A stretch of 64,000 nt of DNA from Octopus vulgaris (taxonomy: Eukaryota): NCBI GenBank assembly GCA_951406725.2, contig OX597817.1, forward strand, positions 170,562,001 to 170,626,000. Direction: 5' to 3'. The first letter of the stretch is position 1; every line of letters begins with the position of its first letter. Below are positions 13,712 to 26,299 of this stretch, one piece after another. The notes under the pieces are model-generated. The model saw only the letters and a program-made list of their open reading frames with translations, had not been told where the DNA came from and ran no database searches. The position numbers were made by a program, and so were the translations under genes.

Positions 13712-14074
13712 TATATATATATATATATATAAGGTAAAAAACAAAAACTTATATTTGAAATTATCTTTACATTTCAAATCACAATGTTAAGGCTATAAAG
13801 GAAAGCTGTGTTTGATCCTTCTGTGTGGTACCACACAACTGCATTAAACCTAGGACCATGTATTTGAAAAACAAACTTCTAAACCACAATGGCTTTACTT
13901 GGTCATAGTTTTGGCATACAGTGGGGGAAATAAAAAGGATTTTAGGCGACCAAATTTCCTTTCTCAAATTCTCACATCAGGAATCTATACTAAAATTTAT
14001 GGGCATTTAAATAACCACAATTTGAAAGCTTTAAAAAAAAAGAAGATGCTAGTAAACTTAACAGAAAGGGTTTC

Positions 14075-15342
14075 TTTCTTTACTCTTTTTTTAGTTGCTT
14101 CAGTCATTTGACTGCAGCCATGCTGGAGCACCGCCTTTAGTCGAGCAAATCGACCCCAGGACTTATTCTTTGTAAGCCTAGTACTTATTCTATCGGTCTC
14201 TTTGGCCGGGGACTTAAACACACCAACCATCGGTTGTCAAGCGATGTTGGAGGAACAAACACAGACACACAAACATACACACATACAAACATAAGTGATT
14301 AGAAGTGAGATTTCTTTGTCTAATCTCTTCCCTGAATTATCCACCAAGAACAAAAAAACACCAGAGTATCCTTTCTGTTGTTAAAAAAAAGTGTAGGAGT
14401 GGCTGTGTGATAAGTAGCTTGCTTACCAACCATTTGGTTCAGGGTTCAGTCCCACTGCGTGGCACCTTGGGCAAGTGTCGTCTACTATAGCCTTTTGAGT
14501 GGATTTGGTAGACAGAAACTGCAAGAAGCCTGTCGTATATATATGTGTGTGCACGTGTTTGTGTATCTGTATTTGTCCTCCCCCCCTCACCATCGCTTGA
14601 CAACCGATGTTGGTTTGTTTACATACCCATCACTTAGCGGTTCAGCAAAAGAACCGATAGGATAAGTACTTGGCTTACAAAGAATAAGTCCTGGGGTTGA
14701 TTTGCTTGACTAAAAGCGGTGCTCCAGCATGGCCACAGTCAAATTACTGAAACAAATGAAAGAATAAAAGAATCCAAAATGGTTAGAACTGAGACAATGA
14801 TGTGGGAGGCAGGAGATTAATTGCTCCAACTGGTGTCACTCTCTCACTGCCAGAACCGATCTTTTTGATGCCAAAAGAAAAAGAAAAATCAAGAAATTTA
14901 AAAAGAAACATAAGATGCAATAATAATGACAGCCAGGAGTGGCTGTGTGGTAAGTAGCTTGTTTACCAACCACATGGTTCCGGGTTCAGTCCCACTGCGT
15001 GGCACCTTGGGCAAGTGTCTTCTACTATAGCCTCGGGCCGACCAAAGCCTTGTGAGTGGATTTGGTAGACGGAAACTGAAAGAAGCCCGTCGTATATATG
15101 TATATATATATATATATACGTGTGTGTGTTTTTGTGTCTGTGTTTGTCCCCCTAGCATTGCTTGACAACTGATGCTGGTGTGTTTATGTCCCCATTACTT
15201 AGCGGTTCGGCAAAAGAGACCAATAGAATAAGTACTGGGCTTACAAAAGAATAAGTCCCGGGGTCGAGTTGCTCGATTAAAGGCAGTGCTCCAGCATGGC
15301 CGCAGTCAAATGACTGAAACAACCACTAGGCCATTGCGCCTC

Positions 15343-15403
<61 letters not shown>

Positions 15404-16297
15404 TGGACTGGTGCAGCTTTCGGGCTCCCCAGACCCCAGTTGAACCGTCCAACCCATGCTAGCATGGAAAGCGGACGTTAAATGATGATGATGATGATGA
15501 TGATGATGATATATATATATACATATATATGGCAGGCTTCTTTCAGTTTCTGTCTACCAAATCCACTCACAAGACACTTGCTCAAGGTGCTACGCAGTGG
15601 GACTGAACCTGGAACCATATGGTTGGTAAGCAAGCTACTTACCACACAGTCACTCCTGCACCATTTTTAACAACAGAAAGGATGTTTTGGTCTTTTTTTG
15701 TTCTTGGTGGGTAATTCAGGGAAAAGATTAGACAAAGAAATCTCTTTCCTAATCACGGAGATTCAGGTACAACTCATTTTTTGCCTGCTGGGTGGACTGA
15801 TGCAATGTAACATAAAGTGTCTTGCTCAAGGACACTTTGCATCGCTGGGAATTGAACTTGTGACCTTGCAATCTTAACAATTATACTCTCTTTGCTCTTT
15901 TTACTCTTTTACTTGTTTCAGTCATTCGACTGTGGCCATGCTGGAGCACCACCTTTAGTCGAGCAAATCGACCCCAGGACTTATTCTTTGTAAGCCTAGT
16001 ACTTATTCTATCGGTCTCTTTTGCCGAACCGCTAAGTGACGGGGACGTAAACACACTAGCATCGGTTGTCAAGCAATGTTGGGGGGGACAAACACAGACA
16101 CACAAACATATACACAGACATATATATATATATACGATGGGCTTCTTTCAGTTTCCGTCTACCAAATCCACTCACAAGGCTTTGGTCAGCCTGAGGCTAT
16201 AGTAGAAGACACTTGCCCAAGGTGCCATGCATTGGGACTGAACCTGGAACCATGTGGTTGGTAAGCAATCTATTTACCACACGGCCTCTCCTGTGCC
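14075..16297. mobile_element. SINE cluster: family A copies 14075-14290(-), 14391-14772(+), 14932-15321(+), 15530-15662(-), 15886-16297(-); family D 15400-15510(+)
   Basis: Direct similarity to 9083-9491 and 10148-10302. Confidence 0.85.
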
Positions 16298-17261
16298 TGT
16301 ATTCACTCTTGTTTTATTTCTCATGCAGTATGGTTATGTATCTCCTCTATAGCAAGACACCTACACTTGTCCCTCTATCATACTTTAGCCTCTCAACATA
16401 CTTTGTCAAGGAGGCTTTTTCCTTTCCAGTTTCACAACTTATCTGGTGACCTCAGTAGCAAGAGAGGTGGCTTTATAGTAGATGTTGAGCAGCTAAAGTG
16501 TGATACGACATGAACAGGTTTCTTACTGTAGAGAACATATGTGACTACTCTGTATTATATAAGGGTAAAAGTACCTGGAAAAGATGGTGGAGACATGGTG
16601 TCAGTGTGTACCTCAAGGTGTAAGAAGGTAAGTAAAAAAAGAGAATGTAATATAAAGTCTTGTAAATATGTTAACATATCACCTACAATATCGAAACCTC
16701 TTATAAAGTTTTGTAATATGTAATGTAAAGTCTTGCGACTGGTAATAAAAAGTCATGTAACAAGTAATATAAAGTTCTATTACATGTAATAAAATGTTCT
16801 GTAATATATTGCCATATCTCTGGCAGTATTGTAGCCTATTAGTTCCAATGCAAGCTGATTGAACAATTTCAAAAAAGTAAAGCTTGCATGCTGCTAGTCT
16901 AGCTGAATATTTGTCTTTGATAAAAGCAATTAACAGGTCTATTCTATCATAGTGAGATCTGTACAATAACAGAACGGCTCAGAGAAGAGAGAAATACTGA
17001 ATATCACTTTCTTAACAATTTATTCTTGGAATTCATTTCTTACATAGGAGAAATAATAAACGACTAATTGCAAAGAGTGTGAACTTTCTTAATTGATAGT
17101 ATTTTATATTCAGAAAAATGAATCTTGATTGGACATGCTTTGAGAAAACTAAACATATCACTGGCCTCTCTTTTGAATCACAAAATTCAAGCAACAGTTC
17201 ATTGCTTTTATAAAAGAATTTATGAAAGACTTATATTTCACAAGTTAATGATGATCTAGGT

Positions 17262-17826
17262 TAGTGGTTCTCAACCAGAGTCTGTATGCCCCCTGGGGGT
17301 CCATGTAAGACTTTTGGGGGTCCACACAAGCCAGTGAAACTGGGAATTCACAGTAGTATTTTAACCCTTTCGTTACAAACCTGGCTGAAACCAGCTCTGG
17401 TTCTTTAGTATAAATGTCTTGTTTTCATAAGTTTTGAATTCAAATCTTCCACCAGATCTTAGTTAAAATTCATGTTCCTAATACTAGCTTAATGATAACT
17501 AAGTTATTTTACTAAATTCTTTTGTTATATTTAAAGTAATTGAAAGAAACACAGAGCATCTCAAAATAAATTCAGTAACGAAAGGGTTTAGGGTCCATGG
17601 AAAAATGTTACTTTAGATGTATTTATTACAAGAAACAGCTAAGTTTTTTTTCTCTTAATGTCTTACACAGTTCAGCTTTCAAAAGAGAATGTGTAATAAA
17701 CAAAATAAGAATTTTGAAAGAAACATCTATAAAACTAGTTTTAAACATCAAATGGCTATGGAGGTCCCCTAGAATACAACAATAATCAAAGGGGTCAATA
17801 GGCAAAAAAGGGGTTGAGAACCACTG
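17262..17826 (+). mobile_element. hAT/Charlie-type MITE with nested piggyBac-type MITE
   Basis: TIRs TAGTGGTTCTCAACC / GGTTGAGAACCACTG; relatives at 18462-19382 and 42920-43452. Confidence 0.8.
17361..17590. mobile_element. piggyBac-type MITE nested at a TTAA
   Basis: TTAACCCTTTCGTTAC...GTAACGAAAGGGTTTA; empty site AGTATTTTAAGGG visible in the copy at ~18557-18570. Confidence 0.85.
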
Positions 17827-18644
17827 AACAAGACAAATGCAGTATCAGATTTAGTTTGCATTTATTTTTTTCTTATCTTTTCGTTAGTGGGCAAGGTGGG
17901 GCCCACGACACTCAGAAGATTATTAAGAATGGTGAGATGGAAGGAAGAAGGTATTTGCAAGTCAGTGTACTGGCCAAAATGCTTGCAGTGGAGTGGACTT
18001 TGTTAAATGTATCCAAGGTGTTAAACCAGGTATCAGGTTAAGTCTACTCCACCACACAGACCCATGATGGGGTTCGAATTCAGAATGCCAGGAACTGGAA
18101 CCTACTCTGTAAGACTTCCAGACCCAATATTCTTATAATTCCACTATATCCACACCCTAGATTGATATTTTTGTATTTGAACCTAAAAGAGTAAAGTTGG
18201 CCTTGGTAGCAATTGAACTCAGAGCACTGGGAAGATGTGGATGTTGTCACAGACAAGTGCAACGGCAAAAGTGAATTGGCCAATGTTGAATGCACAGTGT
18301 CTCTTACATTGCAGTCTATTATGGAAATATAAGTGGATGTCAGAGATAATGAACCTATTAGTAACCCTGTTGCAGTCTTGTTCCCTACTATTTGTTACAG
18401 TTTCATAGCATATCAGCATTTATATTTGCTATAGAGTGGCTTGCAAATAGCTTGCAAGTACAAGTGGTTCTCAGCTGAGTTCCATATAGCCCCTAAGGGT
18501 CCATATAAGATTTTTGGGGTTCCATGCAACAAAATAGTAAATTGGGGATCCACAATAGTATTTTAAGGGCCCCTAAATAAATTAGCTTTAGGTATATGCA
18601 TTGGTATGTATTGCAAGAAACAGGTTTCTTTCTCTAACATTTTA

Positions 18645-19210
18645 TTGGGTTGTCCGGAAAGTTCGTTCCAATTTTTAAAGGAAAGAAAAAGGTCAATAAA
18701 TAGTTGCTGTTGCATTTTTAATCAACCAAATATGAACCATTTTGTTGCACAATGCGTCTCCATCTTTCCTTTAACTTGAAAATACCCTCTTCCCAGAATT
18801 GAAGGGGTTTCATGGCAAAGAATTCATCAAGGTATCTTTTTACGTCATCCAGAGAATTTAAATTTTTACCATTAAGACTATTCTGCAGAGACCTGAATAA
18901 GTGGAAATCCAAAGGAGCAATATCTGGTGAATATGGAGGGTGGGGTAACACATCCCAGCCGAGCTGCAGCAATTTTTGTCTGGTTCCCAAAGCATCAAGT
19001 GCCAAAAATGAACTTTCTTATCTTCCATTTTAAAGGGTTACAGAATTAACACAGGTTATAGGAACATAAACCTTCTTCCACGAAAAGATAGCTTAAACTG
19101 TGCTCTAAATGGAGGTGTAATCAAATCCTATTTTATGGACTCAACCGTGTTCTAAAATAAGTTGAAAGGTAAGCTACTATAAATCGGCACGAACTTTCCA
19201 GACAACCCAA
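18645..19210 (-). mobile_element. Internally deleted mariner transposon (566 bp)
   Basis: TIRs TTGGGTTGTCCGGAAAGTTCGT / ACGAACTTTCCAGACAACCCAA, TA duplication both sides. Confidence 0.95.
18718..19028 (-). pseudogene. Mariner transposase remnant: N-terminus fused out of frame to C-terminus
   Basis: MEDKKVHF.HLML start at 19028, then LGWDVLPHPPYSPDIAPLDFHLFRSLQNSL...GIFKLKERWRRIVQQNGSY; YSPD(L/I)AP motif is diagnostic of mariner. Confidence 0.95.
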
Positions 19211-20450
19211 TACTTAGTTCAACCTACACAAGTGAATGTGTGGAAAACATAATAAGAATTTTAAAAGAATTCTCTGTAAAACTAGCTTTTAAATATCGAA
19301 TGGTTATGGCGGGGGGGGGGGTCTACCAGAACAGAATAATAATTAAAGGGGACCATAGATAAAAAATGGTTGAGAATCTCTGATTTACACCGTGCCAGCA
19401 TGAAAAACAGATATTAAATAATGATGATAATGATGGTGGTGGTGGTGGCGGTGGTGGTGGCAGTGGCGATGACGATGATGATAATAGATTTATATAGTAA
19501 TTAAAACCTCTTATTTTTCTCATATTTATGCACAGAATTATATATCTTAATAACCAAAGAATCATTTATCCTACAGGCGATGACAATCGAAAACCAATGA
19601 CTGAAGTAGCTTCAACATTTCTTATTCGCTCTATAGAATCCCGTATTTTTTTTTGTTATACAAGTTTCTGTTCACGTGTTGTATAAAACTGTATCTAACT
19701 TAGGTAAGAAAATTGCCTCATCCACCATCTTCAACATCAGATTTGCTGCTACCTGAAATATATTGTATGCATAAAATATTTACTCGTGTTTGAGATGTGG
19801 GAAACTACTCAGAGCCATTCCAGAAATTTCTATCACTTTCTGTGATACAGTTTCCTATCAATTGAAATATTCTATGGCAGCAGAGAAATACAGTTCTACA
19901 GTTTAACACGTAAGAATCTGAATAAGAATTGAGTTCCATTGAAATTCCAAGACAATATCTGTGCATGTTTAAAGAAATGCCCTGACACACGTTGCTATAA
20001 ACAACTGCATTCTCAGCCATGGTGAGAAATACTCTTTTCACACATAATTTTCAGAATTAAATGGGAATAATTTTCTTTTCTTCTTCCTTTCTTTCCAATC
20101 TTTCCGACTTTCTTTTCTTTTCTTTTTTTCTTTATTTCCCAGGATTATTCCAAGATGAAGAATGTTACAATGACAATAGTATACACTTCTTCACTAAAGA
20201 TACCACTAAAGATACATCTCTCCTCACTTGAACCTACCTCTCTTTATCTCTCTCATTTTCTTTCTTTCTTTCTTTCTTTCCCCTCCCTCTTCCAACCAAT
20301 TTTAATTTAATACACACAGATTAGTCTACACTCATTATTAAAAAGCAACCTATAATATATTCTGCAAATGAGGCTCTGACAATCCAGATATATTTTCCAA
20401 TAGCAAAATTCAAACATTAATTTTCAAAACTTAAATTAAATTCAATTGTA

Positions 20451-20840
20451 GGCATAGGAGTGGCTGTGTGGTAAGTAGCTTGCTTACCAACCACATGGTT
20501 CTGGGTTCAGTCCCACTGTGTGGCACCTTCGGCAAGTGTCTTCTACAATAGCCTCAGGCCAACCAAAGCCTTGTGAGTGGATTTGGTAGACGGAAACTGA
20601 AAGAAACCTGTGGTATATATATATATATGTGTGTGTGTATACGTTTGTATGTCTGTGTTTGTTCCCCCAACATCGCTGGTGTGTTTACGTCCCCATCACT
20701 TAGCAGTTCGGTGAAAGAGACCAATAGAATAAGTACTAGGCTTACAAAGAATAAGTCCTGGGGTCGATTTGCTCAACTAAAGGCGGTGCTCCAGCATGGC
20801 CACAGTCAAATGACTGAAACAAATAAAAGAATAAAAGAAT
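20451..20840 (+). mobile_element. SINE family A, full length
   Basis: Similarity to 9083-9491. Confidence 0.9.
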
Positions 20841-20892
20841 ATGTCTATATATATATGTGTATGTGTGTCTATATATATATATATATATATTT

Positions 20893-21172
20893 ATACGAGC
20901 TGGCAAAACGTTAGCACGCCGGGCGAAATGCGTAGCCGTATTTCGGCGAGGCGACGAGGGCAGAAACGTTAGCACGCCGGAAATGCGTAGCCGTTTTGTC
21001 TGCCGTTACGTTCTGAGTTCAAATTCCGCCGAGGTTGACTTTGCCTTTCATCCTTTCGGGGTCGATTAAATAAGTACCAGTTATGCACTGGGGTCGATGT
21101 AATCGACTTAATCCGTTTGTCTGTCCTTGTTTGTCCCCTCTGTGTTTAGCCCCTTGTGGGTAGTAAAGAAAT
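20893..21172 (+). mobile_element. SINE family B with duplicated 5' head and Tx1-like tail
   Basis: AAACGTTAGCACGCCGG..AAATGCGTAGCCGT occurs twice; B-box GAGTTCAAATTCC; tail GCCCCTTGTGGGTAGTAAAGAAATA. Confidence 0.85.
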
Positions 21173-21194
21173 ATATATATATATATATATATAT

Positions 21195-21853
21195 AAACTT
21201 ACTGTTAACAAAAGTCAGGATGCATGGCGTTCAGCTATTACATAAATGAAAAATGTGTTACATACTACAAAACCTACACATAGGACAGACAGCAGGACCC
21301 TAATTCTTCCTCAGTTATCGATTGAAAATATTAAAACCTAGTTTCATGCTTTTAACGATAAGACTAGGAACTTCACATATTGGCAGCGCCTGCAAGATTT
21401 GCTTAGAATTGGGGCTTGAGCAAACAAAATAATACAGGGTGGAGGTGTGAAAGTAAACAAAAGTAATTTGAAACGATAGACGAAGACAAAAAAGTCTACA
21501 ATTAAGTGTCAGAAGACAAGAGAGAGAGGATGAGAGGAAGTAGGGATGCTAGAAAAGGAATATTAATTTGCTGCTACACATAGCAGAGTGAGATGTTGTC
21601 ATGAGTTAGAGGAGAACCAACATGAAAGTGGTGACCACCTTTCTGTAGGAATAACCTGATTTGGTGGTGCTACCTACGTTGGACTGTCAGCATGGATGGA
21701 TCTGTAGTCTATATAAGTGATAAGAATTAGGTGTTGTACTCTTGAGAATAGAGCAGGCAAACCTAAGTTGGTATATCTAGGTATTAATATTTTTGGTCCA
21801 TAACTGATGAAGAATTAGGGTCCTGGTGTCTGTCTTATGTGTATATTTCATGC

Positions 21854-21860
<7 letters not shown>
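21195..21860. mobile_element. Penelope-like remnant between (TA)n tracts with ~65-bp inverted arms
   Basis: 21276-21341 inverted at 21777-21843; arms carry CTGAGGA/CTGATGA hammerhead 5' core, 3' core decayed. Confidence 0.5.
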
Positions 21861-21895
<35 letters not shown>

Positions 21896-21972
21896 TAACT
21901 TATATTGGCCATTGATAAAAATTTTTTAGAAAAAATTTTATCCTACATTAGTTGTATATATATATATATATA

Positions 21973-22168
21973 TAACGGGAAGGTTTACAAAAATAAACAA
22001 AAGACGAAGGCAGGTGGAGTACAAACAAACAAATGTATTAGTATGGCGCTCAGGAATAGAAATAGAACAAGTCTTTTACGTTTCGAGCCTATGCTCTTCG
22101 ACAGAAAGATACACAGAAAAAAAACAAGGAGAGAAAAAAAAATGCGTGTAGGAGCTAACGATCTATCA

Positions 22169-22170
<2 letters not shown>
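21973..22170 (-). mobile_element. ~200-bp (TA)n-embedded element carrying a variant minimal hammerhead
   Basis: Relatives at 54905-55090 and 53985-54035; all flanked by (TA)n. Confidence 0.7.
22072..22109 (-). ncRNA. Minimal hammerhead variant with loopless stem III
   Basis: TCTTT-CTGTCGA-A-GAGC-ATAG-GCTC-GAAA-C-GTA-AAAGA; perfect stems I and II, A6>U core change. Confidence 0.6.
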
Positions 22171-22205
<35 letters not shown>

Positions 22206-23699
22206 CATACATATATATGTAGTCTTCAAATTAGCTTTCTCCTCTCTGGTTTTGAGAAGCCTAATTTCTCAAGATTGGTATGTATGTATGTATCATATCA
22301 GATACATGCATATGCATGTATGTATGTATGTATCACATCAGAAGAGTTATCACATGGAAATTAGAACAATTCTTTGCTAAGTTAGCTATCTCTTTTTTTA
22401 TTTCATTAATCTCAGAATGAAGGCTGAAGACATGTAAACCTTTAAATATGATTGGTCATAGGTTCTCCATATATCATTTCCATCATGGTATTCATTTTAG
22501 CTTGATGAAATTTCCAGTAAATTTGGTACGAAATCTTCAGTAAATGTACAAGATATTGGCAATATCCTGCAGAAAGTAGACCAATTTATTTCAATAATTT
22601 AATAGAATTTCTCATTTGGGATATAAAATGGCATCACTTCCATAGTTAAGTAACTGTGTAAAAAAATCAACAAAAAAAACCTAATATTTTGGTGACAATT
22701 GTTTTTGAGTAGTAGCAAAGTGGCTGAGTGGATACAGAATGTGAATTACCAGGTAATTAGCATGTTGGAAGTTCAAATCTCCTACATGTTTTTCATTGTA
22801 TCCTTGTGTATGGAGTCTTATTTTACTAAACCTGGGATGACTTATGTGAAAGAATAAGCCACCAGATATTTTTGGAAGATTACTTTTTTTGAGTTAATAT
22901 ACCATCGTGGGATATTAATTTCACATCTACTTTACACTATAATATATACAGATATATGTCCTCTGTGACATTTGAAGGTAGTGATATTATTGTTACCATA
23001 GTGATATTATTATTGCATTAGTGATGTTATAACTTTTAGAAATATCATCGTTACTTTCATGTTATTGTCATTACTTTTGAGATAATATCATTACTTCACT
23101 TATATTAGAATTGCTTTTGTTATTCTTTGTCCCTTTAGACATATTAATCAGCTGACAAAAGTCATGAGAGTATTCCATTGTCTGAAGTATTGATGGAACT
23201 GGTGGACTGTACTGCAGATTTGGTAAGGATGGTGAAATATGCTGCAGTGTTTGAAGGAATGGTGAACTGTTATATATTAGATTGCATTCTAGTTCTACCA
23301 ACACAACAGTTCTATCAACACTGCAGTACAGTCTACTGAATCTACCAAAACTATATTATTTCACCTGTTCTGCCAATGTTTCACTATAGTCAACCAGTTC
23401 TTATTTCTTTATTGCCCACAAGGGGCTAACAGTCAACCAATTCTACCAATCAACCAGTACAGTCAACCAATTCTACCAACTTACATTATAGTCCCTAAAT
23501 TTTATAAACATTACATCACAGTCTACCACCTCTGCTACCACTACATTCCATTCCACCAATGCTAACAACACTACATACACTACATAACAGTCTTCTAGTT
23601 CTACCAGTTCTACCAACACTATTTTACATCCCAGCAGATTTAACATCACTGTGAAAATTAAACCAAATCAAAATACATGAACATCAATGGAATTTGTAT

Positions 23700-24466
23700 C
23701 TTTGTGGTACCAGTGCCGGTGGCACATAAGAAAAACATCCGAACGTGGCCGTAGCCAGTACCGCATCGACTGGCCTCCGTGCTGTGGGCACGTAACAAAC
23801 ACCATCCGATTGTGGCCGTTCGCCAGCCTCGTCTGGCACCTGTGTCGGTGGCATATAAAAAACACCATCCGATCGTGGCCGTTTGCCAGCCTCGTCTGGC
23901 ACCTGTGTCGGTGGCATATAAAAAACACCATCCGAGCATGGCCGTCTGCCAGCCTCGTCTGGCGCCTGTGTCGGTGGCACATAAAAACACCATCCGATTG
24001 TGGCCGTTCGCCAGCCTCGTCTGGCACCTGTGTCGGTGGCACATAAAAACACCATCCGATTGTAGCCGTTCGCCAGCCTCGTCTGGCACCTGTGTCGGTG
24101 GCACATAAAAAACACCATCCGAGCGTGGCCGTTCGCCAGCCTCGTCTGGCACCTGTGTCGGTGGCACATAAAAACACCATCCGATTGTAGCCGTTCGCCA
24201 GCCTCGTCTGGCACCTGTGTCGGTGGCACATAAAAAACACCATCCGAGCGTGGCCGTTCGCCAGCCTCGTCTGGCACCTGTGTCGGTGGCACATAAAATC
24301 ACCCACTACACTCTCGGAGTGGTTGGCGTTAGGAAGGGCATCCAGCTGTAGAAACACTGCCAGATTTGACTGGCCTGGTGCAGCCTTCGGGCTCCCCAGA
24401 CCCCAGTTGAACCGTCCAACCCATGCTAGCATGGAAAGCGGACGTTAAACAATGATGATGATGATG
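23700..24466 (+). mobile_element. Family D retroposon with internal minisatellite and (GAT)n tail
   Basis: 3' part matches other family D copies; ends GCGGACGTTAAACAATGATGATG. Confidence 0.85.
23796..24298 (+). repeat. Tandem repeat, 8 x 62-63 bp
   Basis: ACCATCCGA recurs at 23801, 23864, 23927, 23989, 24051, 24114, 24176, 24239. Confidence 0.95.
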
Positions 24467-24599
24467 AACACTCAACCAGTTCTCTCTCGACCTCAATAAA
24501 ACTACCAGTTGTACTATCACTGTATTATATTCCATTCTACCAACACTACATTACTATATTTTAGTCAATTGGTTCTGTCATCCATACAATACAGTCCTT

Positions 24600-25558
24600 C
24601 AGTACTACCAGCATCACAGTAATATCCACAAGGAACATTAGTTTGAAACAACCAGAGCTGTTAATGTATTATTATATAGTAGTCAACTGGTTCTGTCTTC
24701 AGTACAATACAGTTCTTCAGGTCTGCCAGCCTTACATTACTTCCCACCAGTTCTACCAGCATCACAGTAATATCCACAAGGAACATTAGTTTGAAACAAC
24801 CAGAGCTGTTTATGTATTATTATATAGTAGTCAACTGGTTCTGTCTTCAGTACAATACAGTTCTTCAGGTCTGCCAGCCTTACATTACTTCCCACCAGTT
24901 CTACCAGCATCACAGTAATATCCACAAGGAACATTAGTTTGAAACAACCAGAGCTGTTTATGTATTATTATATAGTAGTCAACTGGTTCTGTCTTCAGTA
25001 CAATACAGTTCTTCAGGTCTGCCAGCCTTACATTACTTCCCACCAGTTCTACCAGCATCACAGTAATATCCACAAGGAACATTAGTTTGAAACAACCAGA
25101 GTTGTTTATGTATTACTATATAGTAGTCAACTGGTTCTGTCTTCAGTACAATACAGTTCTTCAGGTCTGCCAGCCTTACATTACTTCCCACCAGTTCTAC
25201 CAGCATCACAGTAATATCCACAAGGAACATTAGTTTGAAACAACCAGAGTTGTTTATGTATTACTATATAGTAGTCAACTGGTTCTGTCTTCAGTACAAT
25301 ACAGTTCTTCAGGTCTGCCAGCCTTACATTATGTCTCACCAGTTCTACCAGCATCACAGTAATATCCACAAGGAACATTAGTTTGAAACAACCAGAGTTG
25401 TTTATGTATTACTATATAGTAGTCAACTGGTTCTGTCTTCAGTACAATACAGTTCTTCAGGTCTGCCAGCCTTACATTACTTCCCACCAGTTCTACCAGC
25501 ATCACAGTAATATCCACAAGGAATATTGGTTTGAAGCAACCAGAGCTGTTTATGTATT
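24600..25558. repeat. Tandem repeat, ~6.5 x 148 bp
   Basis: Near-identical units; track ORFs recur every 148 bp. Confidence 0.95.
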
Positions 25559-25782
25559 TGGAATTTATGTACACATGGTAGTGAACTTGCCAGTATAAAG
25601 AGAACAAATATAGATTTTTTTTTACTAATGTGTGTAGTTGGATACAAAGAGAGTAGTAAATATGGGGGCTTTATTCATAGAAATATTGCTGACAGAACCA
25701 TCATGGTTGAAGATTAATGGGTAGAATGGTTTCACAAAATTTAAGTAAATTAACAAGCTAAGAAAACAAGGAAAACAAAAGC

Positions 25783-26142
25783 ACTCAGGCAATGCAAACC
25801 ATCGCCAAGGCAACATCAATGTCCTCTCAACGATTAGCCAGAGATGATTTTTAAAATGAGAGTATCTGAAATAAACTTGACTGCTCTCACAAACGAGAAT
25901 ACTAAAAATGAACCTGACCGCTCTCAAAAATTAAGTAAAAACTAGAAAAGTAATCCAGAATCCTTGTCTGGTATTGGATCGATCCCAAAATCTAATCAAT
26001 TCATGCCAGTCATGAGGCCAAACATACCTGAAAGTTTCATCCGAATACTTTGAGTGGTTCTTGACATATCTTGTCCACAGACAAACAAACAAACAAACAC
26101 AACTGAAAACAATACCTCTGTCTTTGCTAAAGCTGAGGTAAT
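25783..26142 (+). mobile_element. Helentron-associated (HINE/DINE-1-like) non-autonomous element
   Basis: 5' AACAAAAGCACTCAG..GCAAACCATCGCCAAGGC, (ACAA)n tract, 3' hairpin TACCTCTG...CTGAGGTA followed by ATAA. Confidence 0.6.
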
Positions 26143-26299
26143 AATGACTGCATTTAGACTATACCACTCTGAAGTTGATACAGAAAAAGATAATGAACTC
26201 AATACCTGTAAAGACTAGGGAGAGTAGGAGACAATAAAAATATCTTAGTGCTAGCGTATAGGATAGTTGATTGTTCAACATAAGACTAAGTTTCCCCTC

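Larger units (their letters stand above)
18462..19382 (+). mobile_element. hAT/Charlie-type MITE with nested mariner
   Basis: Colinear with 17262-17826; ends GGTTGAGAATCTCTG. Confidence 0.75.

Noticed and set aside
16679-16966. 95-aa minus-strand ORF
   Set aside because: Half overlaps a degenerate ~21-bp AT-rich repeat; no recognisable domain
22495-22545. Minus-strand CTGAAGA...GAAA
   Set aside because: Stems I and III do not form
23796-24298. CRISPR-like array
   Set aside because: No unique spacers, no cas genes, eukaryotic context; plain tandem repeat
24737-25607. Repeated 65-aa ORFs and CTGAAGA motifs in the 148-bp repeat
   Set aside because: Unit is not a multiple of 3; no GAAA or stems follow the CTGAAGA, so not a hammerhead
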